This document shows positions 1 to 10,415 of a stretch of 62,000 bases of DNA, in pieces. Source of the stretch: Wallemia ichthyophaga EXF-994 (lineage: Eukaryota; Fungi; Basidiomycota); NCBI RefSeq assembly GCF_000400465.1, contig NW_008806283.1:82001-144000 (forward strand), read 5' to 3'. Position numbers and translations under genes: made by a program. The notes beneath the pieces were generated by a model. It was not told the DNA's origin and searched no databases. It saw only the letters and a program-made list of their open reading frames with translations. Numbering within the stretch: the first letter of the stretch is position 1; every line of letters starts with the position of its first letter.

Positions 1-325
1 ATATTAAGCAAAAGTCTAGCGCGTGGGTTTGGATGCTGCGAGGTGCCTGCGTATGAGCTCATTGAGAGCGTAGGCGAGGGACGTGAGGAGGAAGGACGCG
101 AGTGTTTTGTAGATTTCATCGGATCCTTTGTATCTAGTGGGGGAAGCGGGGGTGACAGCTTTCCAGAGGACAGCTTCTCTGGCTCTTCGTGTCTGTGGAG
201 TGTGAGCCCGTCATCGTGCAAATCCACGAGAGCTCAACCCACAACGGCAATTGTGTGAGAGTGTTGTCTCTATCATCAATCTGCGTCTTCTGAAGCTCCA
301 GCGTTAAGTCCGCAAGCTTGGTCAT
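1..325 (-). CDS. Hypothetical protein, 5' part only (runs off left edge)
   Basis: ATG at 325 (MTKLADLTLELQ...). A 50-nt GTGGGT...CTCAC...CCACAG intron (242-193) joins it to a frame open to the window edge (HEEPEKLSSGKLSPPLPP...). Confidence 0.5.
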
Positions 326-390
326 CGCCGTGAGTGATCAAGACGCAACCCGCTCTGGGACGCACCACCACGCGCCACCAAGCCATTTGA

Positions 391-1310
391 ATGAGAAAAT
401 TACTTAAATACGATGAAATACCCGCGTGGATAAAGGACAATCAGTTTATTACGCACGGATATCGCCCTGTCTCCCATTCCATCCGCAATTCACTCTCATC
501 GATATTCGATAGCATTCACAACGAATCTGGTGGGAATAATTACATGGCAATTACTCCATCTAACTCCTACGGCTAGTGAACATACACTCACACCTTTGGG
601 GTGCTGCTTTCTTCGTGTTTTGCTTGTTTGCCTTGTCAACCGATACGAAACACCAAAACTATTCGTGGAAAGACTACGTGGGGTTCTCCACTTTCATCTT
701 ATCCGCAATCACCTGCCTCTCTTTCTCCTTTCTCTACCACACTTTCTCTAACCACTCAAAAACACTCGCAAACACTTGGCACGCTTTAGATTACGCTGGT
801 ATATGCATCCTCATAGCCGGCAGCTTCATCCCTTCCATCTATTACGGCTTCTATTGCTCCCCTACATCCCAGCTCCTCTACATGGCTGCTATGCTCATCG
901 CTTCCTCTGTCGCTCTCTACATTGTTCTCCACCCCCATTACCGCAGACCTTCTTTCAGGAAGGCGCGCACTAGTGTTTTTATAGCTCTTGGCCTATCCTC
1001 TATCCTCCCTATTGTCCATGCCCTTTACATGGACGGCCTCGACGTCCTCCGTCGAACTATAGCCCTTGACTACGTCCTCGCTTCTGGCAGCATGTACATC
1101 ATCGGCGCTCTCATCTACGCTGCTCGCTTTCCAGAGGCTTATTTCACTCATCGCAACTTCTCTTACTACGGCGCTTCTCATCAGATCTTCCACCTCTTTG
1201 TCGTCGCTGCGGCTGTGTGCCACTACTTTTCCATCCTTTCCTCGCAGTCCTTTTACAGCGACCCCGAGTTCGATTACTGTTCCAGGTATGTACACAACTG
1301 GCAAATGTAA
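391..1310 (+). CDS. PAQR / haemolysin-III family membrane protein (IZH/adiponectin receptor-like)
   Basis: Exon 1 (W..DN.FI.HGYRP...HNES), intron 530-576, then NIHSH, LDYAGI and SHQIFH metal-binding motifs with multiple TM segments. Confidence 0.92.
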
Positions 1311-1402
1311 TTCATACACCTACGCATGAAATGTGGATTATTTACAAAACAAAAAGAAAAAAAAAGAAAAAAAGGAATTCATTTTATGTACAAGGTATCA
1401 TT

Positions 1403-4400
1403 TCATTCGTCCTCATTCCTATAACCGGCTCTACGCATAGCACCTAGAGTTCTCCTTGCGGACGAAAGGTCCTTCTCGAGCTTGAGTATCTCGACCTGCT
1501 GCTCCATCTCCCTGACTTTGAACTCATGCGTGGGTACACTAGCCCAATCGACGTGACCATCTGCGTCTTGTGCTTGCTTGGCTGAAATAGCCTTGACTTG
1601 GCGCACGAGAGCTTTGCACGCCTCAGTGACAGCCTTAGCGGCAATTTCGAGTCGTTCCTGCGTCTTGGACATGAAGTTCGCCTTGACGCGCGACGCAGCG
1701 ACGAGCTGTGCGGTAGCTGCTGCCACTTCATTTGACGCTACGATAAGCTGCTCGAGTGAGTGAGACCCATTCAACACTCCGTCTGCGGCTTCGATGAGAA
1801 GATTCGTCGCAAACGCTACAGCCTTGGCAGCTGAAATCAATCCCTCTGTCCATCTGTTGTTGCGTTTGTAGAATTGCTGCGCTGACATGGTAGATCCACG
1901 TCCTTGGGCTACTATTTCCTTCTGAGACTCTGTAGCAGCCTGGATGAGACGAGCAATCGCATTCGTTATCGCTAGCGACGCTTCGAGTATTGCATCGTGC
2001 ACATTCTTGTCTAGACCGGAGTACCTCGTCGTGGTTTCCGCATGCATCATCGATTGTATCCTCTCGGTCGCCGCTTGGATTGCGTTTGCTGCTGCTAACA
2101 TCTCTCGCTCAACTATATCTCCAATTTCACCACTAGCTTTGGATAACTCTGTGCGGCCTTTAGGAATGGCCATGTCGAGGATATCTGTGAGCTCGTTTAG
2201 CGCCTCGCGCGAATCTGAGTTTTTGCGCGCGACAACGAGCGCACGTTGTTCAGAAGGCACCAGAGCAAGACGGAATGACTGCACATCAAGGAAAGCCCTT
2301 GCGGCAACATCACCAACTTTCCTAGCACCCTTGATTAGTGCATCGGATGCTTCGTCATCCTTAGTCAGCCTAGTTACTCCCTTGGCATTGAGCAGTATCT
2401 CGCAAATAGTTTGAGACAGCTCATTGGCAATCTTGATTACGTCAACGTGCCCAGCTGTCTGCTTGGGTGCTATGAAAGATGTGAAAGTCACTGCAAATTC
2501 CGAAGCATCCGCTTGCGCTTTTTCAATCATTGATAGTGTATACTCTGGAGATGCATTCTGGTTTCCAGTCTGGATTGACGACTCAAGCTCGTAATTGACA
2601 TCATCAATTTTATGCACGCATGCTTGGAAGATACTGTCAATAATCTGCTTTAACTTCTTATCGTGATCAACAATAAGCAAATCAATTTGTGCATTCAGTG
2701 CTTGGTCTGATTCTCCCTGTGTTAATTGCATTTCACCGAGTTTGCCGATAGTGGAATCCATTCCTTCTTGAATGATGGCAATCTCCGCATCTTTCTCTTC
2801 GCGCACACGCTCCGCTTCACCATTCGCCACGTCAATCTTATGAAGGAGCTCATCGATTTGTATTTGCTTTGAGTGGAGACTATCTTCCAACTCGTTCAAT
2901 TGTCGATTATATCTGCTGATCATGGAGGAGGTTTCAGTGGAGCGGTGGCGCGTTGCATCCTCTGCTCTCTCATTTGCAAAGTCAAGATCACGACGTAAAC
3001 GACTATGCTCATCTTTCTGACTTGATTTAAGTCTGTCAAGATCAAAGCGAGCTCTGTCGCGTTCACGTATCATGTCTGCTAGCTCGAGATTCTTTGCTTT
3101 GACATCACGTTCCATGCGTTCGTACTGTTTAGTGTTAGCGTGGTGCTTTGTATTGATAAGCGATGACAAACTCACCTTAGTGATTGCCTCCTGAGCAGAA
3201 TTAGCTTTGAGTTGCATTTGCTTAAATTTCCCAAGCATATCCAGGTGTTCAGTGCGTAGTTGAGAATACAATTTTGCCAGTGCCTCATACTTGTTTCTCC
3301 ACATGGTAATTTGATCCTGTAAACTCTTAATGAGCTCATCTTTGCCTATCATCTGTGCTCCAACATTGGCATTGATTGCAGCCAACTCCATTTCAAGGGC
3401 CTTGACACGCGAGTCATATTGCTGAAGCATCATCTGGTCCCTCTCAAACTGACCTCTCATCTCTAGTAGTTGACGCTCCATATCTGCAGCTGCACCCATG
3501 TGCTGCTGTGCCGCTTGCTGTTGTAAAAGCTGTTGTTTTGCCATTTCTTGTTGTTGTTGTTGGAGGAGTTGCTGTTCTTCAAACTCACGCTGCTGATTTT
3601 GCATCTGAAGTTGACGTTGAGCTTCCTGCGAGTCACGCTCAGATTGAAGCTTGGCCTGTTGATCTTCATACTCCTTGAGCATACGTGCTTGTTCAGCAAT
3701 ATCAACTGATGGGGTGTCTGGAGCAGTGGGTGGGGGAGCAGGTGACTTTTGCAAAGCTTTCCGCTCAGCCATCTCAGCATGACCTTCCGGATCCTGCCAT
3801 AAGTTTGGAGGCTCCTGGGGGAGTTGTTAGGTTGGGAAGGGTAAGACAGAGAAAGACGACCCACCTGACCAAGTTTAGGAACGTTGATTAAAGAGGTGAG
3901 GTATTTGAGGTTGGAGCATTCGTAGTAAAATTTACGCAATTGATGGTGTTGACCGTTGAAGCGCTGTACGAGAGGTTGAAGGATCTCATCAGCGTTTTCG
4001 ACACCTGTTGGAATGTGATTGAGTGGGAAGTTAACAGGTTGTTAATTAAAACTAACGTCTGTGCATTGCTCTAAGCATGGAAGTGATGAATCTGTAAATA
4101 CCATAACTCTCCTTAACGAGAGGAACAAGGGAAGAGATTCTGCACTCATTGTTTGAGATGCCACGGAGGTGCATAAAAACCAGACGCTGGAAAGAATCGA
4201 TACCGTCTTGAAGATTCATAAGATCGGCAACTGTCTCATATCTAAGTGGGTGAATGAGTGGGGTAAAGCGGGGTAAGAGAACGAAACAAACCCCTCATTA
4301 GGATCATCAACGCCTTTGAGAGTGATATACTCAGCGTATTCAAACAAACCATTGAATTCAGGGTGGTTTCTGTGAAAACGCAATTTGGACATGATGAATT

Positions 4401-4903
4401 GAACGTAAGCTTGAATTAGTGGAGCGTAACCAAGACCAAAGTTGCCAACAGTGCGTGAGCAAGTGTCTAGCCAGCCGATGTGCTGTTGAATTTCGCGTAA
4501 AGTCTGAGATGACGTCAGACGTGTGTACTGGGAAGGTATAACGAGAGTCCACACGCACAATTGGATGGCCTTCCTGTACGATTTTGTGCACAACGATAAG
4601 AGCTTTGTAAGTTTGAACTTCATCGCTCATAATCGGCTGTACACGTAAACCAGACCAAATGGATTGTGAGGAGTGATAATCCCAAGTGTAAACAATACAT
4701 TCTGCGATAAGAATGATGAGCTCATGATTGTAATCTAAATAATAAAACTAACTTCTAACGTGCTTCTGCTTTGGTGCAGTCTCATCAGTATTCGTTGCTT
4801 TCTTAATATTGAGAGCGAGTTCAGTTTCAGCTTTATCGCGATCAACGGGTCTTGATGGCTGGTGGAAGCTGTCGTGAAATCCCTGCTGCCTTAATCTCGA
4901 CAT
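1403..4903 (-). CDS. SLA2: Sla2/End4 (HIP1R-like) endocytic adaptor: ANTH domain, coiled coil, talin-like I/LWEQ domain
   Basis: Multi-exon. N-terminal KKAT..ETAPKQKHVR.CIVYTWD and DEVQTYKALIVVHK (ANTH); C-terminal RWTEGLISAAKAVA...VAAATAQLVAASRVKA...EMEQQVEILKLE (I/LWEQ). Confidence 0.95.
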
Positions 4904-4934
4904 GGTGATGGTGGTTGGTGTCAGCCTAACAACC

Positions 4935-6278
4935 ATGAGTGATTTGGAAATTTCAAGACAAGAAAAGCTGGCGAGGGCCAGAAACCATTTGAAGAAGGCT
5001 CAGTCGAAGAAAAAGCACTCGAGTAGCGCTTCAAGAGACGTTTCTTCGTTATTCACTACAACTCCAACTGATCAGCCAAATTCTCCTTTATTCTCTCCTA
5101 CGCTTGATGAATCTGATAAGACGAGCGATTGGGATGCTTTGCAATCCTCGCTTCAGATTCAATCTGATAAGCAGCTTGACGTGGATCAGGCTGCGGATGA
5201 TTTTGATAAAGGTGATCAAGAGGGTGGATATGATGAGGCGAATGCGGTGGATGGAGTCGATGTAGTGAATTCGAGAGATGCAGGGGATGTGGTTGATACA
5301 GGTAATACAGCCGATACATTCGATACACTCGATAAAGCTGAGGAACCGCACGAGAAACGGGAGAATGCACAAGAATCACCCGAAATGCAACGGCAACAAC
5401 CGCCACTCACAGAAATTTCCTTAGAAGAGCTCAAACAGCAATTAAATGAAGCACACATTGATCATAGCGCGCAAATGAGCGAAAAGAAGAACACAATTGA
5501 TGCACTTGAAAAGACAATCATTGAACTGAAAAGCAACTCTGGAAATAGCGATGAAGTTAATAATTTAGAGAGGAAATTAGATTCAATACAGGCCCAATTA
5601 ATGTCGAACAAGCAATCACACCAAGAAACAAATTCAGCATTGCAACATAGTGAAAATGAGCGTAATCAGCAACGAGAGAATATTGATGCAATTGAGCAAA
5701 AGCTAAGTCATGCTTCGGAGCAGTTGTTGAGGAGTAAATTGGATAACAAGAGTGTTAGAGATGAGGTGGAGAGGGGTAATTCTGAGATTAAATCTTTGAA
5801 GGAGCAACTTAGCGAGCAGCTATCAACAATAAGTAATCTGCAAGAGATGGAAAAGGAGAAAGAGAGGCTATCCACCCTTTCTAGCAATTTGCAAGAGTCA
5901 AACGAATCTCTATCTCACCGTCTTTCACAGTTAGAGGAGGAGAATGCATCTCTAAAGCAAACTATAGAAAAGGACGCAGATAGAAAGAGTATCGAGAGTC
6001 TCGATAAGGGGGCATCAACAATACCATTGAATACTAATGGACACTTTGTCTCAGCAGCTGCACGCTCACTTATACCAAGCAGCGTGATGCATAAGCGTCG
6101 AGAATCGTTGCAGATGCTCAAGATACGTATGGATAGTCACATACAGCCAACACAAATGGACGCCGTCAATGAAGAGAGCCTGCCGCGCAACCAATTTATG
6201 ACCAACGACGACCCACTCTTCTTCTGTGCAGCTTGTGAGAATGAGAATGACGAGGGAGAAGGGTTGATTGTGTTGTAA
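4935..6278 (+). CDS. Golgin-like coiled-coil protein (GM130/Bug1-like)
   Basis: Basic N-terminus RQEKLARARNHLKK, acidic linker, long heptad-rich region, C-terminus PLFFCAACENENDEGEGLIVL ending in hydrophobic residues. Confidence 0.6.
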   Translation: MSDLEISRQEKLARARNHLKKAQSKKKHSSSASRDVSSLFTTTPTDQPNSPLFSPTLDESDKTSDWDALQSSLQIQSDKQLDVDQAADDFDKGDQEGGYDEANAVDGVDVVNSRDAGDVVDTGNTADTFDTLDKAEEPHEKRENAQESPEMQRQQPPLTEISLEELKQQLNEAHIDHSAQMSEKKNTIDALEKTIIELKSNSGNSDEVNNLERKLDSIQAQLMSNKQSHQETNSALQHSENERNQQRENIDAIEQKLSHASEQLLRSKLDNKSVRDEVERGNSEIKSLKEQLSEQLSTISNLQEMEKEKERLSTLSSNLQESNESLSHRLSQLEEENASLKQTIEKDADRKSIESLDKGASTIPLNTNGHFVSAAARSLIPSSVMHKRRESLQMLKIRMDSHIQPTQMDAVNEESLPRNQFMTNDDPLFFCAACENENDEGEGLIVL

Positions 6279-6526
6279 TGAGAATGAATTTGTTTGATAA
6301 GTGAGAATTAACAAGTGAGAATATGAGACATTAGATAGTGCCAGACATTATGGTAACAGACACATCAAACATACCAAACACTCTTGACATATAAATGGTT
6401 ATAGATTGTTTAATAGTATGACTGAAATGATCTCAGATACGATCGATATAAGAAGAGAGATAAGACAATTTAGATTTAATTATAAAGAATTCGTTTATCG
6501 GTTATAGATTTGAGTCATGGAAAATT

Positions 6527-7360
6527 TTAGGCTTGTTCACCTTGAGCTGGTTCATCTTCTTGCTTAACATCAGATTTCTCTTCTGGCTTTGAATCAGATT
6601 CTTGCATGTCCGAAGTCCATAAAGTGAGGTTATCACGTAAGAGTTGCATAATCAATGTGCTGTCTTTGTAGCTTTCCTCGGAGAGAGTGTCTAATTCAGC
6701 GATAGCGTCATCGAAGGCTTGCTTAGCGAGGTGACAAGCGCGGTCAGGAGAGTTAAGAATTTCATAGTAAAAGACTGAGAAGTTAAGAGCCAAGCCAAGT
6801 CTGATAGGGTGAGTTGGAGGAAGTTCAGTGACAGCGACGTCGGAAGCAGACTTGTAAGCCTCCAAAGAAGCTTCAGCTGATCCCTTTCTACGATCACCGG
6901 TAGCGAATTCAGCGAGGTAACGGTGGTAGTCACCCTTCATCTTGTGGTAGAAGACCTTTGATTCACCGGACGCAGCAGAAGGAATGAGGTGGCCATCGAG
7001 AACGTCGAGAATGTCTTCACATATCTTAGCCAATTCAAGCTCAATCTTCTCTCTGTAAGACTTAATCATGTGAACTTGAGAATCGTTGCCCTTAGACTCC
7101 TCCTTTTGCTCAATAGAGGATACGATTCTCCAAGAAGCTCTACGAGCACCGATGACGTTCTTGTAAGCGACAGAGAGCAAGTTACGTTCTTCAACGGTGA
7201 GTTCTTGATCAGAGGAGGCCACCTTCTTCATAGATTCGACCATTTCTGGGTGGATTGTGAGCTGAGAGTGAGACACGTGAAGCACCCACACACCTTCATA
7301 ACGCTCAGCTTGCTCAGCGAGTTTAGCGAGGTAAACGTGGTCTTCACGGGTTTCAGTCAT
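6527..7360 (-). CDS. BMH1: 14-3-3 protein
   Basis: Signature motifs [53 protein letters not shown] and [18 protein letters not shown]; 48-nt in-frame intron 7293-7246. Confidence 0.98.
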   Translation of the reverse strand: MTETREDHVYLAKLAEQAERYEGVWVLHVSHSQLTIHPEMVESMKKVASSDQELTVEERNLLSVAYKNVIGARRASWRIVSSIEQKEESKGNDSQVHMIKSYREKIELELAKICEDILDVLDGHLIPSAASGESKVFYHKMKGDYHRYLAEFATGDRRKGSAEASLEAYKSASDVAVTELPPTHPIRLGLALNFSVFYYEILNSPDRACHLAKQAFDDAIAELDTLSEESYKDSTLIMQLLRDNLTLWTSDMQESDSKPEEKSDVKQEDEPAQGEQA

Positions 7361-7996
7361 TTCTACGGGTATTGTTAGGATTTTTGTATTTTTAGTGCGA
7401 GTGCGTGTGCGTTGGGTGCAAGTGAGGTGAAGGAAATTCCAGACTTTGACGTTTCATAAAGGAGAAATTTTTAAAGAAATTCAAGAGAGTGGCAGTGGGA
7501 GCGTGGTGGCTGTGTGTTGCAGGCAGCCCAGTATCACCACCAAGCTCCCCCACTCCCGCTCACCCACTCTTAAGCCACGTCACCGAAAAACCGCAGTGAC
7601 GCGTGGATGTATGAATACACCACGCAGCCACCCAATCTCGCACTCCCGCCAACGCCCACGCTTCGCCTCACCCACCTTGTTGTCTGTGTTAGATGGTATT
7701 CTGCGTAGGCTTCGAATAATCGATCCATTTCATCAAAGCGTAAAAAAAATTACAAAGTAAAAATCCTATTGTAGGTTATTGTGAGATGTGGAGGGGTCTG
7801 GGAGGCATGTTAGCCACTCTGCGCTTGTTACACATTTATACACGTTATCAGTGGTGCTAGCGGGTGGCCACGGCGTAAAGGGGTGTGCAGAGCGGGGAGT
7901 GTAATAAATGAATAAATATACTTGTAAAAATGGATTGTATATCAAAATAATTATATCTGCCAAATTGAGCGGCTTAAACAGCGTATATCAGCGTAT

Positions 7997-8943
7997 ATGA
8001 CACGAACCAGGAAAATAGACGGCGTTCGTAGTCTGCTGAGCCATCCAGCTTTGCAGTGTGCACCGAAGTCTAGACCTGTTTATCAGCTTAACCAGCTTAA
8101 TCGGGTCAACAACCCCTACTGTTAGTAGTGTTCTAATTCAAAAACCACGCTAAAAACACTCCAGTATCGATGCTAGCTACACCACTGCGCTGGTGTGCTG
8201 TATCCAAGTACAAATACCCCAGTGCGCTACTCCTGCGCTTCAGAGTGGTCCAAGGTGTGCTACAGCTGCGAGACAAGGCGTCCACCAACAATTCAAACTC
8301 ACTCGGTAAAGGAATGAGTGTGCTTTGTCGGCGCAGTGCACTCGAGTGTATGCTAAATGACAAGCTCTGGATGAGGTTATCGCGAAATGCGAGTGTACCT
8401 AGCCATTTCGTACACGCAGTACAATCGCAGCTGGTGGATGGAGTGGTGGCTGAGTTAGATGGCATTCTGCGTAAGCTGCGCAGTAATTGTGTTGAGCCGG
8501 ATCAATCGTTTCAATCGGATCACCCAGCGTGGTTAATGCAGCGTCAGACAATCGCTACAACAAACACAACTTTATTCGTCGGTTTCTATATCACTCTGGC
8601 ATCAACACCAACACACACAGTCCCATTCAGCCGCCTCACTCAAGGAACATACAGCTCACCGATCTACACGTTCAGCGACAAATACGCAGACAAATACCAG
8701 CTAAACGCGATTCGTTATCGTCTGAGCAAATTAGAAGAGCAGCTGCGACGCCGGGGATGCAACACTGGCCAAAACACCTCCGACACGTTTGCATTTGGGT
8801 TCGGCAGAGTGAGTGATGCACACCTGTCCATCGATCTCACCCCTCTCGCCGTGGCGCTGTGGAGATGTAGAATGTGGCATGAGGATGAGCTGGTTTTAGA
8901 GGGTTTTGGGTTGAATAGTGGGGATATTAGGGTGATACGGTAG
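7997..8943 (+). CDS. Putative mitochondrial Rrg8-like / YlxR(DUF448)-like protein
   Basis: ATG 7997 exon (MTRTRKIDGVRSLLSHP...NNPY) plus a 44-nt GTTAGT...GCTAA...CCAG intron (8121-8164) joins in frame to the 257-aa ORF. Motifs NPY.SMLATPLRWC, LLRFRV and GKGMSVLC. Family call is by-eye recall. Confidence 0.55.
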
Positions 8944-9039
8944 ATTATCAATCAGCATATCAATCAGCACTATCATCATATCATCATCATATCATCAATA
9001 ATACAGTGAGCAGTGAGTGAATCTTCACAACTGTCTCGT

Positions 9040-9797
9040 TTAACTATACGAACTGTACGGCGGTGGATTCTCTTGTCCCTGCTGCCTCTCCTCGTTAGCG
9101 TCCGCATCAGCACCTCTAGCGGCCATAGCAGCGTGCACGCTATCGTCGTGTACCTGATACGAGTAATCTGGGGTAGGATTGCTGCTGTGATTAGACTCGC
9201 TTTCGTATTTAGGCAGGGGTTCATTCTGGGGTGCGTTTGAGTAAGCACCCAGACGCTCTCTGGCTTCTTCAACCCCCTGGTAGAATTCGAAGGTGGATCC
9301 CTGGCTGAACCAGACTTTGAGGTCAGCGCCCTGGTTGAAGCCGTTGGAGTAGGTGTGTTGGTTGTAGTCGTTGTCGTTGTTGTCGTTGTCATTCTCACCA
9401 CCCCGATCACCCCGATCACCCCGATCGTCAATACCGCTGCCACTCCCACCAGGCAGAATAGTAGCCTCCCAACGATTCGCGCCGAGGAGTGGCTGGGCGA
9501 GGTAGCCATCAGCGACGTACTGGAGGAGCACACTGAGGCTGCGAATGGATTCGTGGGCGGGTGAGAGAAATACTATACGCTTGTTGGTAAGGAAGATGCT
9601 GCCGTGTGCATCATAAACGCGTCCAGGAGCACTGAGGCTGATGCGCAACTGGACGTCGTCGTAGCTGAGTATTATCTTCTCCTCTGTGTGCAGAGTGAGA
9701 TTGTGACAGTGAGCCAGAATCGAACACCCAACCTACCGGGGAATTCAACGGGTCTTGTGCCGTCTTGATTGGTCATTGAGTTGTTGATTGCAGCCAT
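9040..9797 (-). CDS. WW-domain-binding protein 2 (WBP2)-like GRAM/PH-fold protein with PY motifs
   Basis: ATG 9797, intron 9736-9684. G.IFLTNKRIVF, QPLLGANRW, KVWF.QG.TFEF; LPKY and terminal PPPY motifs. Confidence 0.8.
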
Positions 9798-9866
9798 TGT
9801 TGTGGTGGTGGTTAGGGAGTAAGGGGATTAATCAATAATATCAATAATATCAATAATAAAATATAA

Positions 9867-10382
9867 ATGGCTATCCTTGTGTGCATATTCACTCATTCTC
9901 ACTTCCTGCTTCCCACTCCCACCACCCATGTCCAGATTCATCAGAGGCTCTCTCAGTGGTTTCGCTGTTGCTGCCGCAGCCAGCTACAGCTTTAGTAGTG
10001 CTATTGGTGCACGCACTGACTCTATTTCTGCCGAGTGAGTTGCGTCTTCACTCCTCGCACTTCCCACTAAGCCACCAAAAGACTCGCGGAAATACGCGAT
10101 TTCTATGGCACACACGCACCCCAACCTGACTCTCCCTCTCACAAGAAAGCCTACGTCAAATCCCCAGATGCATCTCTCGCTGAGCTCATCGCGACCAAGT
10201 GGAACGACCACATCCTCTCCCTAGTAGCCAGTGCCAGGAGGTTCGACTACTATGAGGCGGGTGACACGATGCTCAACTGGGCTGTCCAGAGTATCCGCGG
10301 TGGTAGTCCTAGCCAGGTAGACAAGGTAGACAGCACACTCAACACACCCACACACACCAGTACACCGCAGAAACTTGTATAA
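9867..10382 (+). CDS. MIC12: MICOS subunit Mic12-like (three exons; not in ORF track)
   Basis: Introns 9881-9935 and 10035-10081 give MAILVFIRGSLSGFAVAAAASYSF...ELAEIRD...SLAELIATKWNDHI...FDY. N-terminal Gly-containing TM plus the S..E..K..WN motif typical of Mic12/Aim5. Confidence 0.65.
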
Positions 10383-10415
10383 CAAACCCAGCGCATGCAT
10401 CCCTAGCTCTATAAT

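Noticed and set aside
7446-7963. ORFs 7446-7760 and 7963-7766
   Set aside because: Non-ATG starts in the 14-3-3 promoter/5' UTR region; composition is not protein-like.
9355-9430. GTT/GTC and CACCCCGAT microsatellites
   Set aside because: Ordinary coding low-complexity (N/D and GDR runs) in the WBP2-like gene.
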